From assembly GCF_006345805.1 (NCBI RefSeq), contig NC_042998.1, positions 151,652,001-151,716,000 on the forward strand: a stretch of DNA of 64,000 bases, in the 5' to 3' direction. The first letter of the stretch is position 1. Every line of letters starts with the position of its first letter. The notes beneath the pieces are model-generated. The model did not search any database. It saw only the letters and a program-made list of their open reading frames with translations, and was not told the DNA's origin. Source of the DNA: Octopus sinensis. Its lineage: Eukaryota. Position numbers and translations under genes: made by a program. Below, piece after piece: positions 39,772 through 57,088 of the stretch.

Positions 39772-42700
39772 CTATGTTTGACTTTTGCTTTGTCTGTACA
39801 AGTTGGCTCCAAGTCTCACCCAGAGACCTCAAGAGACAACAGGTTGGAAGTTCTGTGCCATATATTCGGGTTTTTTTTTCTTGTTTTTGTTTCTTGTTTT
39901 TTTTTTGGTGTTGTACTAGTGAATGTCTAATACATAAAAAAAAAATAAATAAATAAAAAAGTTTGTTTTAAACCTTGGGATTACATAGAGAGTATTTTGC
40001 GTAGGATATGAGCAGTTCCCATGAGCACTATCTTTTGAATTTCTGCCATTTTGGGGTTTCCTGGTATCTGAGTTAGGTAGCAATCAGTCCCTTTCGCTAT
40101 CATTCCCAGGGCACCTATGACAACAGGTATTGTTTTAGTCTTCAGCTTCCACATTTTGCTGATTTCTATTTCAAGATCTTTATATTTGCTCAGTTTTTGG
40201 TAGGTCTTGACAGATACGTTTATATCGATTGGGACAGTCATATCAATGAGGAGGCATGTTCTTTGTCTGAAGTCTTTCAATATGATGTCTGGCCTATTTG
40301 CATCTATCTTCCTGTCAGTTTGAATGGTGAAGTTCCAGAGGAGTGAGATGTGGTCATTTTCAAGCACTGGAGGTGGATTGTGTTCCCACCAGTTTTTTTC
40401 ATGGGGCAAATCCAGGTTTTTGCAAATTACCCAGTGAATATATTGTGCAGCTCTATCATGCCTATTGAGGTACTCTGTAGGCGCTAGAAGACTGCATTTG
40501 GAGACAGCATGATCAATGGTTTCATTTTGTTGTCGGCATACACGACATGTTGGGCTACTGCCGTTCTTTAATATGTTGGCCTGGTAGTTTCTTGTTGGTA
40601 GGCATTGATCTTGAGCTGCTATGATAAACCCCTCTGTTTCAGATTTTAAGCCATTGATGGGCCAGGGCTTTGTCGATATCTGCATTATTCGCTCTCTTTG
40701 GGTATTTGGCATAGAGAGGTTTTTCTTGCCATTTATTATTCAGAATATCTAAGGCCGCAGTTTTGGCACGGGTTTTCATGCGCCTAGCTTTTTCTGTGCT
40801 TGTTTCTTGTATATCTATCTCTAATTCCGAAATTGGTTGTATTCGGAATTCACTTAGATATTCCTTTGCCTGTTTTGTGACTGAGTATGATGTTTTCTTG
40901 TTTTCATGTTTTGAGACAAGTTTTAACATCCAGTCCTCAGAGTTTTTCAGGTAGGTGTCTAGGCCAATTGTAGCAATCTTCATTGTTATTGCCAGTTGCA
41001 AAAGACCACGGCCTCCCTCTTTTCTTGGCAGATAGAGTCGTTCTGTATCTGCCTTAGGGTGGTGCATTCTATGCATTGTCAACAGTTTCCTTATTTTTCT
41101 GTCGAGCTGACATATTTCAGTAATTGACCAGTTAACAATATTGAAACTGTAAGTCACGACTGGTATGGCTAATGCATTGATCGCTTCGATCCTGTTTATT
41201 GCATTCAGCTCTGTCTTGAGTATTGCTCTCACTCTTCGATAGCATTCTCTCCTGATCCTTTCCTTCATCTCTGAATGCCTTATTCCGTTCCCTTCAATTA
41301 CCCCTAGGTACTTGTAGCTCTCCGCTGGGTCTAGTTCTTTTATGACATTCTGCTTGTCAAGGTTAACGTTAGATGTTTCTGTCATTTTTCCTTTGATAAA
41401 GGTAGCCTTTGCACATTTATCGAGGCCAAATTACATTCTGATGTCGTCACTGAATTGTTTGACTATCGCTAGTAAGCCCTTGAGTTGTTGGCCATTTTTT
41501 GCAAAAAGCTTTAAATCATCCATGTAAACGAGATGATTTATATTTTTATCAAACATTTTATACCCGTACTGCGCGTCGTTGAGTAGCTTTGAGAGGGGTA
41601 TTAAGGATCAACAAAAGAGGAGTGGTGACAGTGAGTCACCCTGGAAAATGCCACACGAAATTTTTACATCACCAGCATTTAGGGATTCATTGTCACTGTT
41701 CAGAGTTAGTGTGGTTCTCCATGATCTCATACTTACAGTCAAGAAGTTTCGCAGAGTAGGTGCTATCTTATACATTTCCAGGCATTTCCTAATCCAGCCA
41801 TGTGGTAGGCTATCAAAAGCCTTTTTATAGTCTATCCAGGCTATTAATAAGTTTTTGTGTCGTTTGTGACAATCTTCTAAGATCATCTTAGATCCACGTT
41901 TACATCCTTTCTGTTCATTAGGGAATATGCTGCTGTCTGTTAAAAAACTATAGGTATATTCCGTCAGGACAGATGTTAGTGTTTTGTACATAGTTGTTAA
42001 GCAGGTTATGGGTCTATAGTTTTTTTGGTTCATTTGTTTCTTCACTTTTTGGAAGCAGGAATGTTAACCCATTAACTAGCCAAGGAGGCATCCTACTAGG
42101 GTGTTGCAAAACATCATTGTACAGTTCTGTTAGCAGTTCATGGCTCTCTGGGAAGGCATTCAGCCAGAAGTTAGGAATTTTATCCTTTCCTGGAGACTTC
42201 CATTTGCTTGACCTCCTGAAAGCAGATCTTATATCTTCTACCTTGACACCCTCCCACTTTTGCTCTTCTAAGGGGTCCAGTTCTGTAGTTATTCTGTCAA
42301 TCCAGGGGGCCTTTTCGTTGTGTGTTTTTTCTTCTGCCCAGATTTTATTCCAAAATCCCTGCACTTCTTCTTTTGATGGTACAGACCTTGCAGTAAACGC
42401 TGTTTTTCCTATCTTCCTGTAAAAATTCTTGGTGTTATTTTTGAACATGTTGTTGTCCTTGAAAAATCTAACACGCTTTTCATACCTCGCTATGCGGGCA
42501 GCTTTGGCAGATACCTATTGTTTGATGGTTTCTATGGTGGCATCAATATTAAGTATAGTTTTCATATTGTATTTTTTCAGTAATTTTCGGGTTTTTATAG
42601 GTTTGGTAGTCTTGTGAGCCTTAAGGTTTTTCAAATATTCAATGTCAGATCTAAATATTTTAATTTGTTGTTGCAGACGCTCTTGCCAAGAAGGCTTGTT

Positions 42701-43105
42701 GTGGGAATGTTGCCGTTTTCTAATCTTTACACCACATAGGATCGTTGAGATTTTCGCGGATGCATAGTATAGGTGGTTGAGGTTTGTGATATCAACATCA
42801 TTAGCTGAAATTATATCCTTAAGTGCAAGCCGGATTTTACCAATTATTTTCATGTTTTGGTTAGAGTTGCGGATTTTAGGAAGTGTATCACGTTCATCCA
42901 TGCTGGTTTCTTTAATTTTCAGCCATTCAATCATGATTTGATTTTTTAGCTCATGTAGTTCTGTTGGGTCAATATTTGTGTGACTTTCTTTATCTATTTG
43001 ATGCTCATCTGTCTTAGTGTTTATGATTGGTTCAGGGAGTATTTCACTTTGCCTATCACTTATACTAATTCTTTCAATCCTCTCCCACACCAACCATTCT
43101 CCCAC
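39772..43105 (-). mobile_element. R4/Dong-clade LINE family B, 5'-truncated and frameshifted
   Basis: CRVCRQQNETIDHAVSKC and RPDIIL..IDMTVP (39981-40712); RT NYRPITCL..GIFQGDSLSP (41608-42045); N-terminal ORF 42515-43105. Confidence 0.95.
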
Positions 43106-43258
43106 ACAATGGAGTGTTGATGGTGGCTGTGGCTACACATAAAACAATGTCATTGATGATGATGATGGTGACGGTGGTGAAGGTGATAGTAATAACAATA
43201 ATAACTGACAGATCCCGTCTTTTTCCCTTTCTTTTCGTTTCCTTCTCCGTATTTTATT

Positions 43259-43309
<51 letters not shown>

Positions 43310-44630
43310 CGAAAACTCACAGCTTTTTTGCTGGGTCTGATGGAAAATGTCCAGCAGACTAAGATGACACTTGTTTACTGGACATGCTTCAAGAACCCTG
43401 CGAAGAATTCATGCAGTTCCAAGTAATTCTGATTGTTGTAGGTGTATACCTTCACACTTACATGAATCTTTTTCAGCCATTTTGGTCGCTGAGATACTTC
43501 CAAGTGCACGAATTACTATTGGTATCATGTCTACTATTTTCCATTGACCACAACCTTCGTATTTCACACTTCACATCGTCATAGTTCTTTATTTTTGCTT
43601 CTTCTTACATATTGATACTGCTGTCACCAGGACATGCTATATCGATTATCATACATTTTCTTTTTTACTCACTACAACAATGTCCAGTTTCCGGTATATG
43701 GTCGGGCGATTGCCCTGGATTATTGTATGCCACAGGATTTTGCAATTATCATTTTCGGTAACTTCTGGAGTTTGCTCCTACCACGTCTTTGCTCTTTGTA
43801 GGCCGTGCTTTCCACAGAGCTTACAATGGATCGTTCTTGCCAGGTTGTCATGGCGTTTTTTTGTATTCGCGTTGTGCCAGTTTAGGGCATTCGCTAACGA
43901 TGTACCATACTGTTTCACCCCTCTCACTACACATTCTACATTTGTCGCTATCGGTAGTGTTGTCTATTCTGCGCTTCATATAGTTGGTCCTTATCGCTTG
44001 TTCCTGAGCTGCGGCTGAGTGCTTCTGTCTCTTTCTCAGGTCACTCCACCTCATCCATAACCACCGGTCCTCTGTATCTGTCTAGGCCTTTAAATCTCTT
44101 GCAAACTGACCGTATATTTATTTCCGTCCATGCTTTATCTGTTTTTGTTCATTTCTTGTTTAGATTTTTCTTTCGTTATTCAATTTTCAGTTTTGATGAC
44201 GCCGTCCTTCTTCGTACGTTTCAACAGTGGCTCCACGGCATTTTTTATACACTACACTGAGCTGTTTTCCCCTGCTTTGATACAGTCCTGGCAACTGATC
44301 AAACCTCTCCCACCCTTTCTTCTGGACAAGTGCAGCCTATCGATGTCACTCTTAGGGTGGAAGACTCCGGGTACTGTCAACATTTGTCTGGTCTTGGTAT
44401 CCATTTTCTTCACTTCTCTCTTTTGTCATTTTATAATTCCTGCTCCATACCGAGGTGATGCTAATTCCCACATTTTAACTACTTGAATTTTATTCCATCA
44501 ATTTTGAACGCAACACCAACCCCAGACTTCGGAAATACTCCATCCTCCGTTGCTCTTTCATTTATTTTTCCATTATCTCGTTGAATTCCAGTACACCAAG
44601 ATATTTGTATCCTTCCGTTTCAATTCGTTT
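43310..44630 (-). mobile_element. R4/Dong-clade LINE family C fragment
   Basis: CRMCSERGETVWYIVSEC (43848-44054); REL-like segment 43380-43720; 3' end abuts (TTA)n at 43260-43308. Confidence 0.85.
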
Positions 44631-45530
44631 AATTAACTCTCTATTCGGTGAGTCAGTTGCAGGGTCTAGAATCAATGCCGACAAGTCGGTGGGATTACGA
44701 CTGGGCACCTGGAGAGGCAGATCGATGCCGTCAGACGGCGTCGTCGGCCGCTGGACTTACGGACCAGTTAAACTGCTTGGGGTCTGGTTTGGTCCAGACC
44801 TCCAGGTGGATAAGAATTGGGAAGAGGTCACGAATAGGGTGACCTCTCTTACCCAGAAATGGGCAGAGAGTAAAGGTGGCAAATACCTTCATCGTCTCTA
44901 TCATTATTTATCGTCTGACCGTTGTGCCTTGCCCCAGTTACAGCTTGATTAGCTTGGAGCGTATCCTTTTTATTTTCTTGTGGAAGGGACGCGTTCCAAT
45001 GGTCAAGTTGTCGGTCTGCTGCAAACTTCCTTTGCGTGGTGGCTTAGGTATGCCATGGCTTTTAATGCGCAGACACGCATTTGATTGCACCACCTACAGC
45101 GATTTTTAGAAGGTGAAGCTCCATTTGTGACGGAGCTGCAGTCTTAAGTAAAGGATAAGCTGAACTGGGCGCCTGGCACTTACAATGTCGCCAGGCGCTC
45201 ACTGTCCTCTACAGGTCAGGCAATAGGATCGATCAGGCAATAGTTCCGCCTGTCAGCCGAGTCTATAATGATAATTGCCCTGCCGTCCTCCTTTAATCGG
45301 GCTGACTGTGGTGAAAGAGGTTATCTGGTGGACAAGGCTGAAAGGAATAAGGACAGAAACATTCCTCTTCGACTTTTTCAAGTTACATTTGAAAAGGAAA
45401 GTGAGGGTGGAGAGGAGGTGCTGTCCTCGAGTGAATTTATGAAAAGGTAGGGTGAAATTGTGAAGATGGCAAGAGTGGCAAGTGTAGCCCTGTGAGTCGG
45501 AAGAAAGAAGTTGGAGGGGGCTCTCGTCCT
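44630..45530 (+). mobile_element. Tx1/L1-clade ORF2 fragment related to 1540-2730
   Basis: INADKSVGLRLGTWRGRSMP..PVKLLGVWFGPDLQVDKNW parallels 1550-1700; ends EVLSSSEFMKR. Confidence 0.8.
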
Positions 45531-45959
45531 TGGTATTGAAGTGATTACGAAAAAATGATAAAAATCGACCAAGAGCAGCGTTCTGTTGACTCAGTTATAA
45601 CTCTGAACAGAAACTCATCTGAAGGTGAAATTTATTTCTTGCGAAAGAGAAATATAATTTCCTCTTGCTGCTATGACGACAGAAACAAGTGCAAAAGTTC
45701 TAGTAGCACCGATAATGACGACGAACTACAGCAGCAGCAACAATGTGAACAGCAGCACCAACAACAACAACACCATGAATACCGACGAAGGCATGAATGA
45801 GGAAGCGGAGGAAGATACTAATACCGCTACCACCATTACCATCATGAAGACCACCCAGAGTAACAAAAATAAGCAGGAAAGTGAAAAGAAGAAAAAAAAG
45901 AATTCTTTCACGTGAAACACCTGCAGATTTCGCCACCGCCGCCACTACCACGTCAAACG

Positions 45960-46730
45960 AAGAAGGAAAAGATATTTAAAGCAACAACGTCGTTTGCTTC
46001 TAAGCAAACACAAAGTATTGCGAAATGTGCCGCGCGATGGAAGAAATAAAATTGTCAGAAACTGACTTGGCTCGAGCATAAATGTATCGAACAAGAACTG
46101 GCAGGACAATCCACCTGAACATACCAGATGAGGTACAGGAAGAGACACAGAGAAGGACAATAATATATAGATGTATATCATTAAAAACGCGCAAGATAGA
46201 AAGAGTCACGCAGGATCATGTCGAAAAATGCCTGAGACCTGTATGAAACCCAAAAGTCTTATATTACACGTGGTAAAAGCTTTGGCAAAGTAAAGGTCAG
46301 ATTCTCAAGTAAACAACTGAAGGCCGAGGAATTACATATGATTCCCATGTACCTCGGTCGAAGAGTTGTCAGAGTGAAGGTAGCAGAGGTGCCATCAGAA
46401 GTGGACATCTTCTTACCGGTAGCGGCCGCATTGTACGGTATAGAAGAGAGATATAAAATTCTTGAAACAAGGAAAAACTAAAACGAAATTGGTAAGGTAA
46501 TGGGATGGAAATATTACATGCGTATTTCGCAACCGCACAAGAGATCTCAGATCCCATCGAGCTCCCTGGAGGTTCGAAGTTATTTGTAGCGGTAGAGGGC
46601 AGAAAGCCCAGATGCCACATTTGTTGGCAAACAAACCACTTAAAGGCTTTCTGCCCCAGGCAATCAAAAGACAAAACGGCACTGCCGCAGACACCTCCAA
46701 CACAACAACAATCACAGCAACAAAAAGATA
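45960..46730 (+). mobile_element. Tx1-like ORF1 fragment with CCHC zinc knuckle, ending at a (TTA)n array
   Basis: ORF 46505-46957: VEGRKPRCHICWQTNHLKAFCP. Confidence 0.65.
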
Positions 46731-46734
46731 TTTC

Positions 46735-46910
<176 letters not shown>

Positions 46911-47339
46911 GGTATGGTCAAACAGTTTTTATATGCCAGGTGGACATGGCAAAATAGATATGGATGATACTGATGGGACTGGTGAGCATGGTGTGAGTAA
47001 ACAGGCCTGCACTGAGCATGCACCTGTAAATCGGAAATAAGGAACTTAGAAAAGGCACCTGTCCTAGAAGTCAGGGCACACGATGTTTTATGGGGTTTTT
47101 TCCATGAACATCTCTCGAACGTCTCCTCGTATTGAGGACAACATATTGTTAAAATGTTAATGCTTTCTTTTTTTCATTGTTAAACCTGTTTACATAAAAA
47201 AACTCTCACAACACATACGCACAATATTGAAGACTCTACTATACTTTGTCCTGCGTCGTCCATAATGCTTTTCTTGATGTAAGTCCTTGGTGGTCAATAA
47301 AGAAATCATCGCCATCAGCATCATCATCATCAGCAGCAG

Positions 47340-47866
47340 TATTAGTGAAGGTGATGGCCTCAATATTTTGGGGGGATGCAGAAAGCATTGTATATTGACT
47401 ATCTTCAAAAGGGCCACACCATCAATGGAGAGTACTGTAGCAACTTGCTGGGGTTGATACGAAAGTCTATCAAAGCCAAACGACCAGAAAAACTGTTGAA
47501 AGAGAACTTGTTTCCTCAGCACAATGGTCCAGCACACAAGTCCTTAGTTTTAACGGGTGCTGTGTAACTGGCTTTGAACTTTTATCGGCCAACCTATTCT
47601 CCTGATTTGGCCCCATCTGACTATCATCTTTACGCCAGCATGAAAATTCCTTTAGCTGTGAAGCAGTATCGCACTGATGATGACGTCACATCTGCTATTG
47701 ACCAATCTTTTGAGCAACAGGATGAAAACTTCACCAATGAGATTCAAGCACTGTAACACCAACGGAAGAAGTGTGGTGGATTACAAGGGGGACAATGTTG
47801 ATGAATAAACATCATTTGATCACATTTCATGAGTGTCTCGGTCAGCCTATGAACAGCCGACCCTCG
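47340..47866 (+). mobile_element. Mariner 3' half, decayed
   Basis: KVMASIFW..IDYLQKGHTINGEY, HNGPAH, YSPDLAPSDYHL; terminus GACCCTCG followed by TA. Confidence 0.85.
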
Positions 47867-48379
47867 TATTTCCCTATGATTCGCGTATGTGTGTGTGTCT
47901 GTGTGTGTGTGAGTGCGTGCGTGTGCATGTGCGTGTGTGTTTGGGTGCATACATATATGTATGTGTGCGGATGTGTATGTATGTGTGTATCTGTGTGTGT
48001 GTATAGTAAATATGTGGCTCCACATGTTTGTTTTCAGAACGCACGACTAACTTTGATGCCCAATCATCTGAGCTCGTCGTCCTTGATTATGCCTTTCTAC
48101 GCATGCTTAAAAACGAGTCTAAGAATCCACATATACACACATAATCTCATATAAATATACATAGGGACGTCATACACCTAAATATCCATGCAAACATAGG
48201 AATGCGCATTAATAATAATGTCAGTATGTGGTATGTGAAGTAATGCATCTGCACATATTTTCCTGGCTACAAGTCCATCTGCTAGCAATTACATCCGGTA
48301 GAATAAACGTCAGTTCCGGTTAAGTAATTTTTATACATAGAATTTTTACAAGTAGAAATCATAGCAAGCGCATAAATCT

Positions 48380-51149
<2,770 letters not shown>

Positions 51150-51236
51150 AATCCAAAAGGGAAACAAAAAAACAACAACAACAGGAACAATTACAGTATT
51201 ATTATTAATAGGCGCTCAGGAGATGGAAGCAGGGAG

Positions 51237-51271
51237 GTATGACGTTTCGAGCGGAGCTCTTCGTCGGAAAC
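51237..51271 (-). ncRNA. Variant minimal hammerhead (core CCGACGA) in the 3' pLTR
   Basis: GUUU-CCGACGA-A-GAGC-UCC-GCUC-GAAAC-GUC^AUAC. Confidence 0.75.
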
Positions 51272-54241
51272 ATAAAGAAGGAAGAGAGAGGAAAGAAAGA
51301 TCCCAGAGCGGGCAACAGGGAAAGAGAAAAAAAAGACGACTGGTGTTTACGAGTTGCACATGGTGAAAGGCGGATGTTGACGATAACAAGAGCAAAGTGG
51401 GTTTTTAAAGGCAAAAGAGTGGAGACAAGGTTGGTAACCCAACAGATGTGTGTGTATGTGTGAGTGTGTGCATGTGCGTGTGTGTATGTGTGTGTGTGAG
51501 GCGAGATGAAAAAACAAAAAAATATATGTGTGTGTTAGTGTGTGCGTCTGTGTGTAGGCGTGTGAGGTAGGGCGAGACTAGTGGTCAGCTAGCAGACGAG
51601 GTCAGTACTAAGAAAAAGAAGGAAGGAGGAAGGGAGGTCAGTAGTAAGAAAAAGAAGGAAGGAGGAAGGGAGGGAGGGGAAGGGGTGGGGGCGTATGTAG
51701 CGTGCCAGCGTGTGTTGAGTAGTAGTGTGTGTGTGTGTCCAGTGTCGTGGTGGTATTAATGGCGAGTAGATTGAATGTGTGTAAGAGTGATGTATATATA
51801 TAGGCAAGGTGTGTATATGTGTGCGCGTGTGTGTAACGAAAAAGGGGGGGGTTAAGGAAAAAGGACTCCAGCTGAGGGGAAGATGGAAGAGTGGTACCGC
51901 GGAGACAGGCGTGGGAAAACCCAACGACACGCGACGGTCCCAGGAACGGGCGGGAGGTCTCGTCAGGTCCAAGGGCGAGGTGTATGCGACGCGTATGCAG
52001 CGCGAGCCGGCGTAAGTGCGTATGTGCGCGTGCCTGCGAGTATGCGCGTACGTATGTATGTGTGTGGATGTGTGAGTGTGTCTGTGTGTATGTCTGGGTG
52101 GCAGTGTGTGCGATGAATGTATGTGAGTATGTGTGTATGTATGTGTGTGCATAGATGTATGTCCGTGTGTGTGTGTGTATGTGTGTGAGTGTGTATGTAT
52201 GTACGTGTGGGTGTGGGGAAGTGTGTGTATGTGCATGTGTGTGCGCGTACATACAGGTGTGTGAGTGAGTGTGTGTGTGTGTATGTATGTGTGAGTGTGT
52301 ATGTATGTGTGTGTCGGATGCATGTATGTGTATGGGTGTATGTATGCGTGTGTGTATGTATGTATGTGTACGTGCGTGTGTGTGTGTGTATGCGTGTAGG
52401 TGTGCGCGTGTGCATGCATGCATGCATGTGCGTATGTGTGTGTGTGTGTGCATGTGTGTGGGTATATATGTATGTGCGTATATGTGTGTGTATGTGCGTA
52501 CATGTGTGTGTGTGTATGCATGTGTGTGTATGTAGGTGTGTAGGCGTGTGTGTATAGGTGTATGTATGTAAGTATGTGTGGGTGTGTCCGTGTATGTGTG
52601 TGTATGTATGTGTGTGTATGTAGGTGTGTGGGCGTGTGTATATGTGTGTGTATGTAGGTGTGTGGGCGTGTGTATATAGGTGTATGTGTGTATGTCTGGG
52701 TGTGTCCGTGCATGTTTGTGTGTGTGTGTGTATGCATGTGTATGTGGGTGTGTGTGTACGTGTGTAATGTATGTGTGTGTGCGTGTGTATGCGTGCGTGT
52801 GTGTATGTAGGTGCGTGTGTATGTGTGTGGGAGTGTAGGTGTGTGTGTGCGTGTGCGTGTTTATGTTGGTGTGTGCGTATGTGAGTGTGAGTGTATGGGT
52901 GTTTGTCATGCATGTGTGTGCGCGTGCAGGTGAGTGTGTGTGTAAGTATGTGTGTGTGTATGTTTGTGTGAGTGTGTAAGTGTGTATGTCTTTGTGTATG
53001 TATGTGCGTATAGGAGTATGTGGGTATGTGTGTATGTATGTATATGGGTGTATGTATGTATGTGTGTGTGTGTGCATGTGTATAAGTATATGTGTGTGTG
53101 CGTATGTGTGTATATGTGTATGTGTGTGTGTTTATGTATGTGTGTATGTATGTGTGTAGGCGTGTGTGTGTAGATGTATGTATGTATGGGTGTGTGTCCG
53201 TGTGTGTTTGTGTGTGTGTGTAGGTAGATGTGTGTGTCTGAGTGAGGGTATGGCTGTGTAGGTGTGTGTGTGTATGAATGTAAGTGTGTGTGTATACAAG
53301 TGTAATGTATGTATGTAGGTGTGTGTGTGTGTGTGTATGTGTACGTGTGCGTGTGTATGTGTGTGTGTGTATGCGTGTGAGTGTGAGTGTATGGGTGTAT
53401 GTCTGTGTGTGTGTATGTCTGAAGTAGGTATGTATGTGTATGTATGTATGTGTGTGTGTGTGCAGGTATGTGTGTGTATGTGTGTGTGTGAGTAGGTGTG
53501 CGTGTATGTATGTGGGTAGGGATGCATGCGAGTGTGTGGGTATGTATGCATACATACGTACGCGCACATCCGAAGCAAGCCCACACGCACAAAGCGCGCT
53601 CACGCACACAACGCACAAGCAGTACAACGCAAGCCCAAGGGGCCGACCAAGCCCCCAGCGCGCGCCAAGGCGCGCGAGCGCAAAGGCCCTCGAACGCCCC
53701 GCTACGCGGGAACCGAGGATCCATCAGCCAAAACCGGAAAGCAGAAAAGAGGGGGGGCTGCCTGGATGCAAAAAGGTGTATGTGTGTGTGCATTCAGTGT
53801 AAGGGTGTGCATGTGTGGGCATGTATGTATGTATGTGCCTACATGTATGTTTGCATGTGTGTGTGTGAAGTATGTACGTGCGGTGTGTGTGTGTGTGAGT
53901 GTGTGTGTATGTATGTGCGTATGTATGTGTGTGTGTATGTGTGTATGTATGTCTGTGTGTGTGTGTGTGTGTAAGTATGTATGTGTGTGCGTATGTATGT
54001 ATGTGTGTGTGTATGTGCATGTTGGTTTGTATGTTAGTGTGTGCTAGTATGTCTGTAAGTGTGTGTGATTAAATGTGTGAATGTATGTACGTAAATGGGT
54101 CTGCGTATGTGTGTGTGTGAACAGGCGTGTGGGAGGTAGGTGGTTGGGTGTGTGTGGGAGGTAGGTGGGTGGGTGTGTGCGTGTGGGAGGCAGGTGGGTG
54201 TGTGTGTGTGGGTGGTGTGCAAAAAAAAAAAAAAAAAGATC

Positions 54242-57088
54242 TCAAGAGGAAGGGGCTGTGTTAAGTCCGTGTGGGGTGGTAGTTTGTAGGGTGAAGATGT
54301 AGCGTTGCTCCAAGTGGAGCCTGGAAAGTGGGCGACCTTGGTGGGGGCGAGACCAAACACTGAGATGTCATCTAGGGAATGGCCGGCCGAACGGAAGTGG
54401 CGTGCGACGGGAGAAAGAGAGTGTAGGCGAACGTCCCTTAAGTGCTCAGTGAAACGGTCGGACAACCGGCGTCCCGTCTGTCCTACATACAGCATCCCGC
54501 ATAGGTTGCATTTAATGCAGTAAATAAGGCCAGACGAGGTGCACGTAAAAGAGTGCCTAATGCGTACAGTGTGCAGGTTGGAGCCGGTGACAGCGGTGGT
54601 GTTGGTGATGAAGGGGCAAGTGTTGCAGCGGGATCTAGAGCAAGGGAATGATCCGTGTGGGGCTGAGGGGGAAGGAGAGAGGGTGCTGTGGACCAGGAGG
54701 TCACGCAGATTGCGGGCTCGTTTGAAAGAGGACAGGGGTAGGTTAGGGAAAATGGGGCGGGTGGTGGGATCAAGCTGGAGGCGACGGAAGGCACGTAGTA
54801 TCTTGCGACGAAGGGGTAGGGTAGAGGGGTGGAAAAGGAGGGGGAAGGGGGTGCGGTTGGGGGGTGGGCGGGGGGGAAGGAGACAGGGCGGTAGTGCGGT
54901 CGATGCGACGGGCGCGGGTGAGGGCATCAGAGAGGAGTATGGGTGGGTAACCTCGGAGTCTGAACATGCGGGCCAGGTATTGAGATTGGGTCTCGAAATC
55001 CTGGTCGCGGCTGCACAAACGTCGGAGGCGGAGGAACTGGGAGTAGGGGATGGCTCGTTTGGTGTGGAAGGGGTGGGAGGAAGAGAAGTTGAGATAGAGG
55101 TGGGAATCCGTAGGTTTAAAAAAGGCGGTGGTGGTGAGAGATCTGGAGGGGTGATCGATGCGGAGAGAGATGTCAAGGAAGTTGACAGAGGTGTTGGAGA
55201 TGGTGGAGGTGAATTGAAGGGAGGGGTGAAAGTTGGAAAGGAAAGAGATGAATTGGCAGAGAAGTTCACGGGAAAGGGAGGTGGCACCTACGCAGTCGTC
55301 GATATAGCGACCGTATAGTTCGGGGGTCGGCCCAGAGAACTGGGAGAACACTTGGGCCTCAATGTAGCCAAGAAAGAGACTGGCGAAATTGGGGCCCATC
55401 CTAGTTCCCATCGCGACCCCGGACACCTGTTGGTACGTTTCCCCGGCGAACGTGAAGCAATTGAGGGTGAGGACGAGCTCGGCCAAACGAGAAGGGTGGG
55501 GGTGCTGGGGGTGGGGTCGGGACGACGGTCGAGGAAGTGTTGGAGGGCTAGGAGACCGTCATTGTGGGGAATCACTGTGTACAGGGATTTTACATCTAAA
55601 GTGAAGAGGAGGTGTGAGGGGCTGGAAGGGAAGGAAAAGGAATTGAAGAGACGGAGGGCGTGGTTGGTGTCGTGTATGTGGGATGGGAGGGCTGCGACTA
55701 AGGGGGACAGGATGCGGTCGAGGTATAGGGAGATGAGTTCAGTGGGGCAATTACAGGCAGAGACTATGGGACGGCCAGGATTAGAGGGTTTATGGATCTT
55801 GGGAAGGAAGTAGATGGTGGAGGTGCGGGGTGTGCGGACGATGAGGTTGGTGGCGGTGAGGGGGAGAGCGGAGGAGGAGATGAGGTCGTGGATGGTGGAG
55901 GACACTCGTTGTTGGTAGGAGGAGGTGGGATCGGAGGGGAGGAGGCGATAGAAGAGTGGATTTTGAAGCTGGTTGAGCGCTTCCTCCCTGTATAGGTCCG
56001 CGCGCCACACTACCACTGCCCCGCCTTTGTCCGCCGGTTTGATGACAATGTCATCACGACGGCGGAGGTGGCGAAGGGCAATGGATTCGGCCCGAGTGAG
56101 GTTGGCTCGGCGGGGTCTTGGTTCAAAGTTGAAACGGTGGACCAAAGCGTTGCAGTCATGTACAAACGAATCTAGGCTACTGAAAAGGCCTGGGGGCGGC
56201 GTCCAGATGGATGGACGACGCCCCAGCTCCAAAAGGCAATCCTGATTGTTTTGACGCTGCGGGGACGCGTGGTAGTATGCGCGAAGTTTGAGGCGGCGCA
56301 GGAACAGGTTGACGTCCGCCCGAGTCTCGAACTCATCACAGTGGCGCGTGAGTGGCGTGAAGCGGAGACCTTTACTGAGGAGGGAGCGCTCAGCGGCGGA
56401 GAGGGGGAGGTGGGGGGTATAGTGACAACAGCGCGAGGAAGCGGGGTGGTGGGAGGACTAGGGGCAGGCGGAGGGGGTGCAGGGGTGTGAAGGGGAGGGT
56501 AGGGGTGGTTGGGTGAAGATGGGTTAGGCGTAGGAAGGTCACGGTGGGGGGGGGGGTCCGTGGAAGGGTGGGGTAGGTGCGAAGGAGGGGGGGAACAGTG
56601 GGGGAGGATGGGGAAGGGGGTGAGGGGTTGAGGAGGAGGTGGAGTTTTTTGTTTTTTGTGTGTGTGAGGTGGTTGTAGAGTTGGTGGTTGAGATTAAGAA
56701 TGAAGCGGAGGATAGGTTGGGTGAAGAGTGGAGGGCAGAGGGCGGAGAGAAGGAGGTAGGCCTGGGGAAGTTGATGGTCGAGGGAGTCAAGGAGGGGGCG
56801 GGTGGAGCGGATGGTGGCGCGGAGGAGGGAGCGGGAGGTCCGAGCGAGGGTGGGTTCGATGAAGGGGGAGGAATAGGGGGTAGCGTGGAACTTCAAGAGG
56901 AAACCGCGGGGTGTGACATGATGGCGGAGGCACCGGCTAAGAAAGGAAAGATGACTAGAGTGGCGGGTTTTCTTAAAAAGCAAGCGGGAAAGTTTTATAG
57001 CAGGTGCGGAACATTGTGGGGGGAAGAACGCGAGGTAGCGGCTGAGGAGGGATTGAAGGTGTTGGACGAACGAGTGCAAGTCAGGCAT
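54242..57088 (-). pseudogene. Penelope RT-GIY-YIG ORF, ~950 codons, broken only by small indels
   Basis: MPDLHSFVQ.. start; SKGLRFTP; KPADKGGAVVVW; LPKIHK..GRPIVS; LDVKSLYT; GVAMGTRMGP; YIDD; LIYCIKC..LYVGQTGRRLSDRFTEH; PHGLN..* at 54242. Confidence 0.9.

Noticed and set aside
45555-45951. Q/N/E/T-rich ORFs resembling a host exon
   Set aside because: Trinucleotide-derived low complexity between LINE fragments; no recognisable domain or splice support.
51940-51975. CUGACGA on the minus strand inside the pLTR (also ~58220)
   Set aside because: No downstream GAAA or cleavage triplet; a hammerhead cannot be folded.
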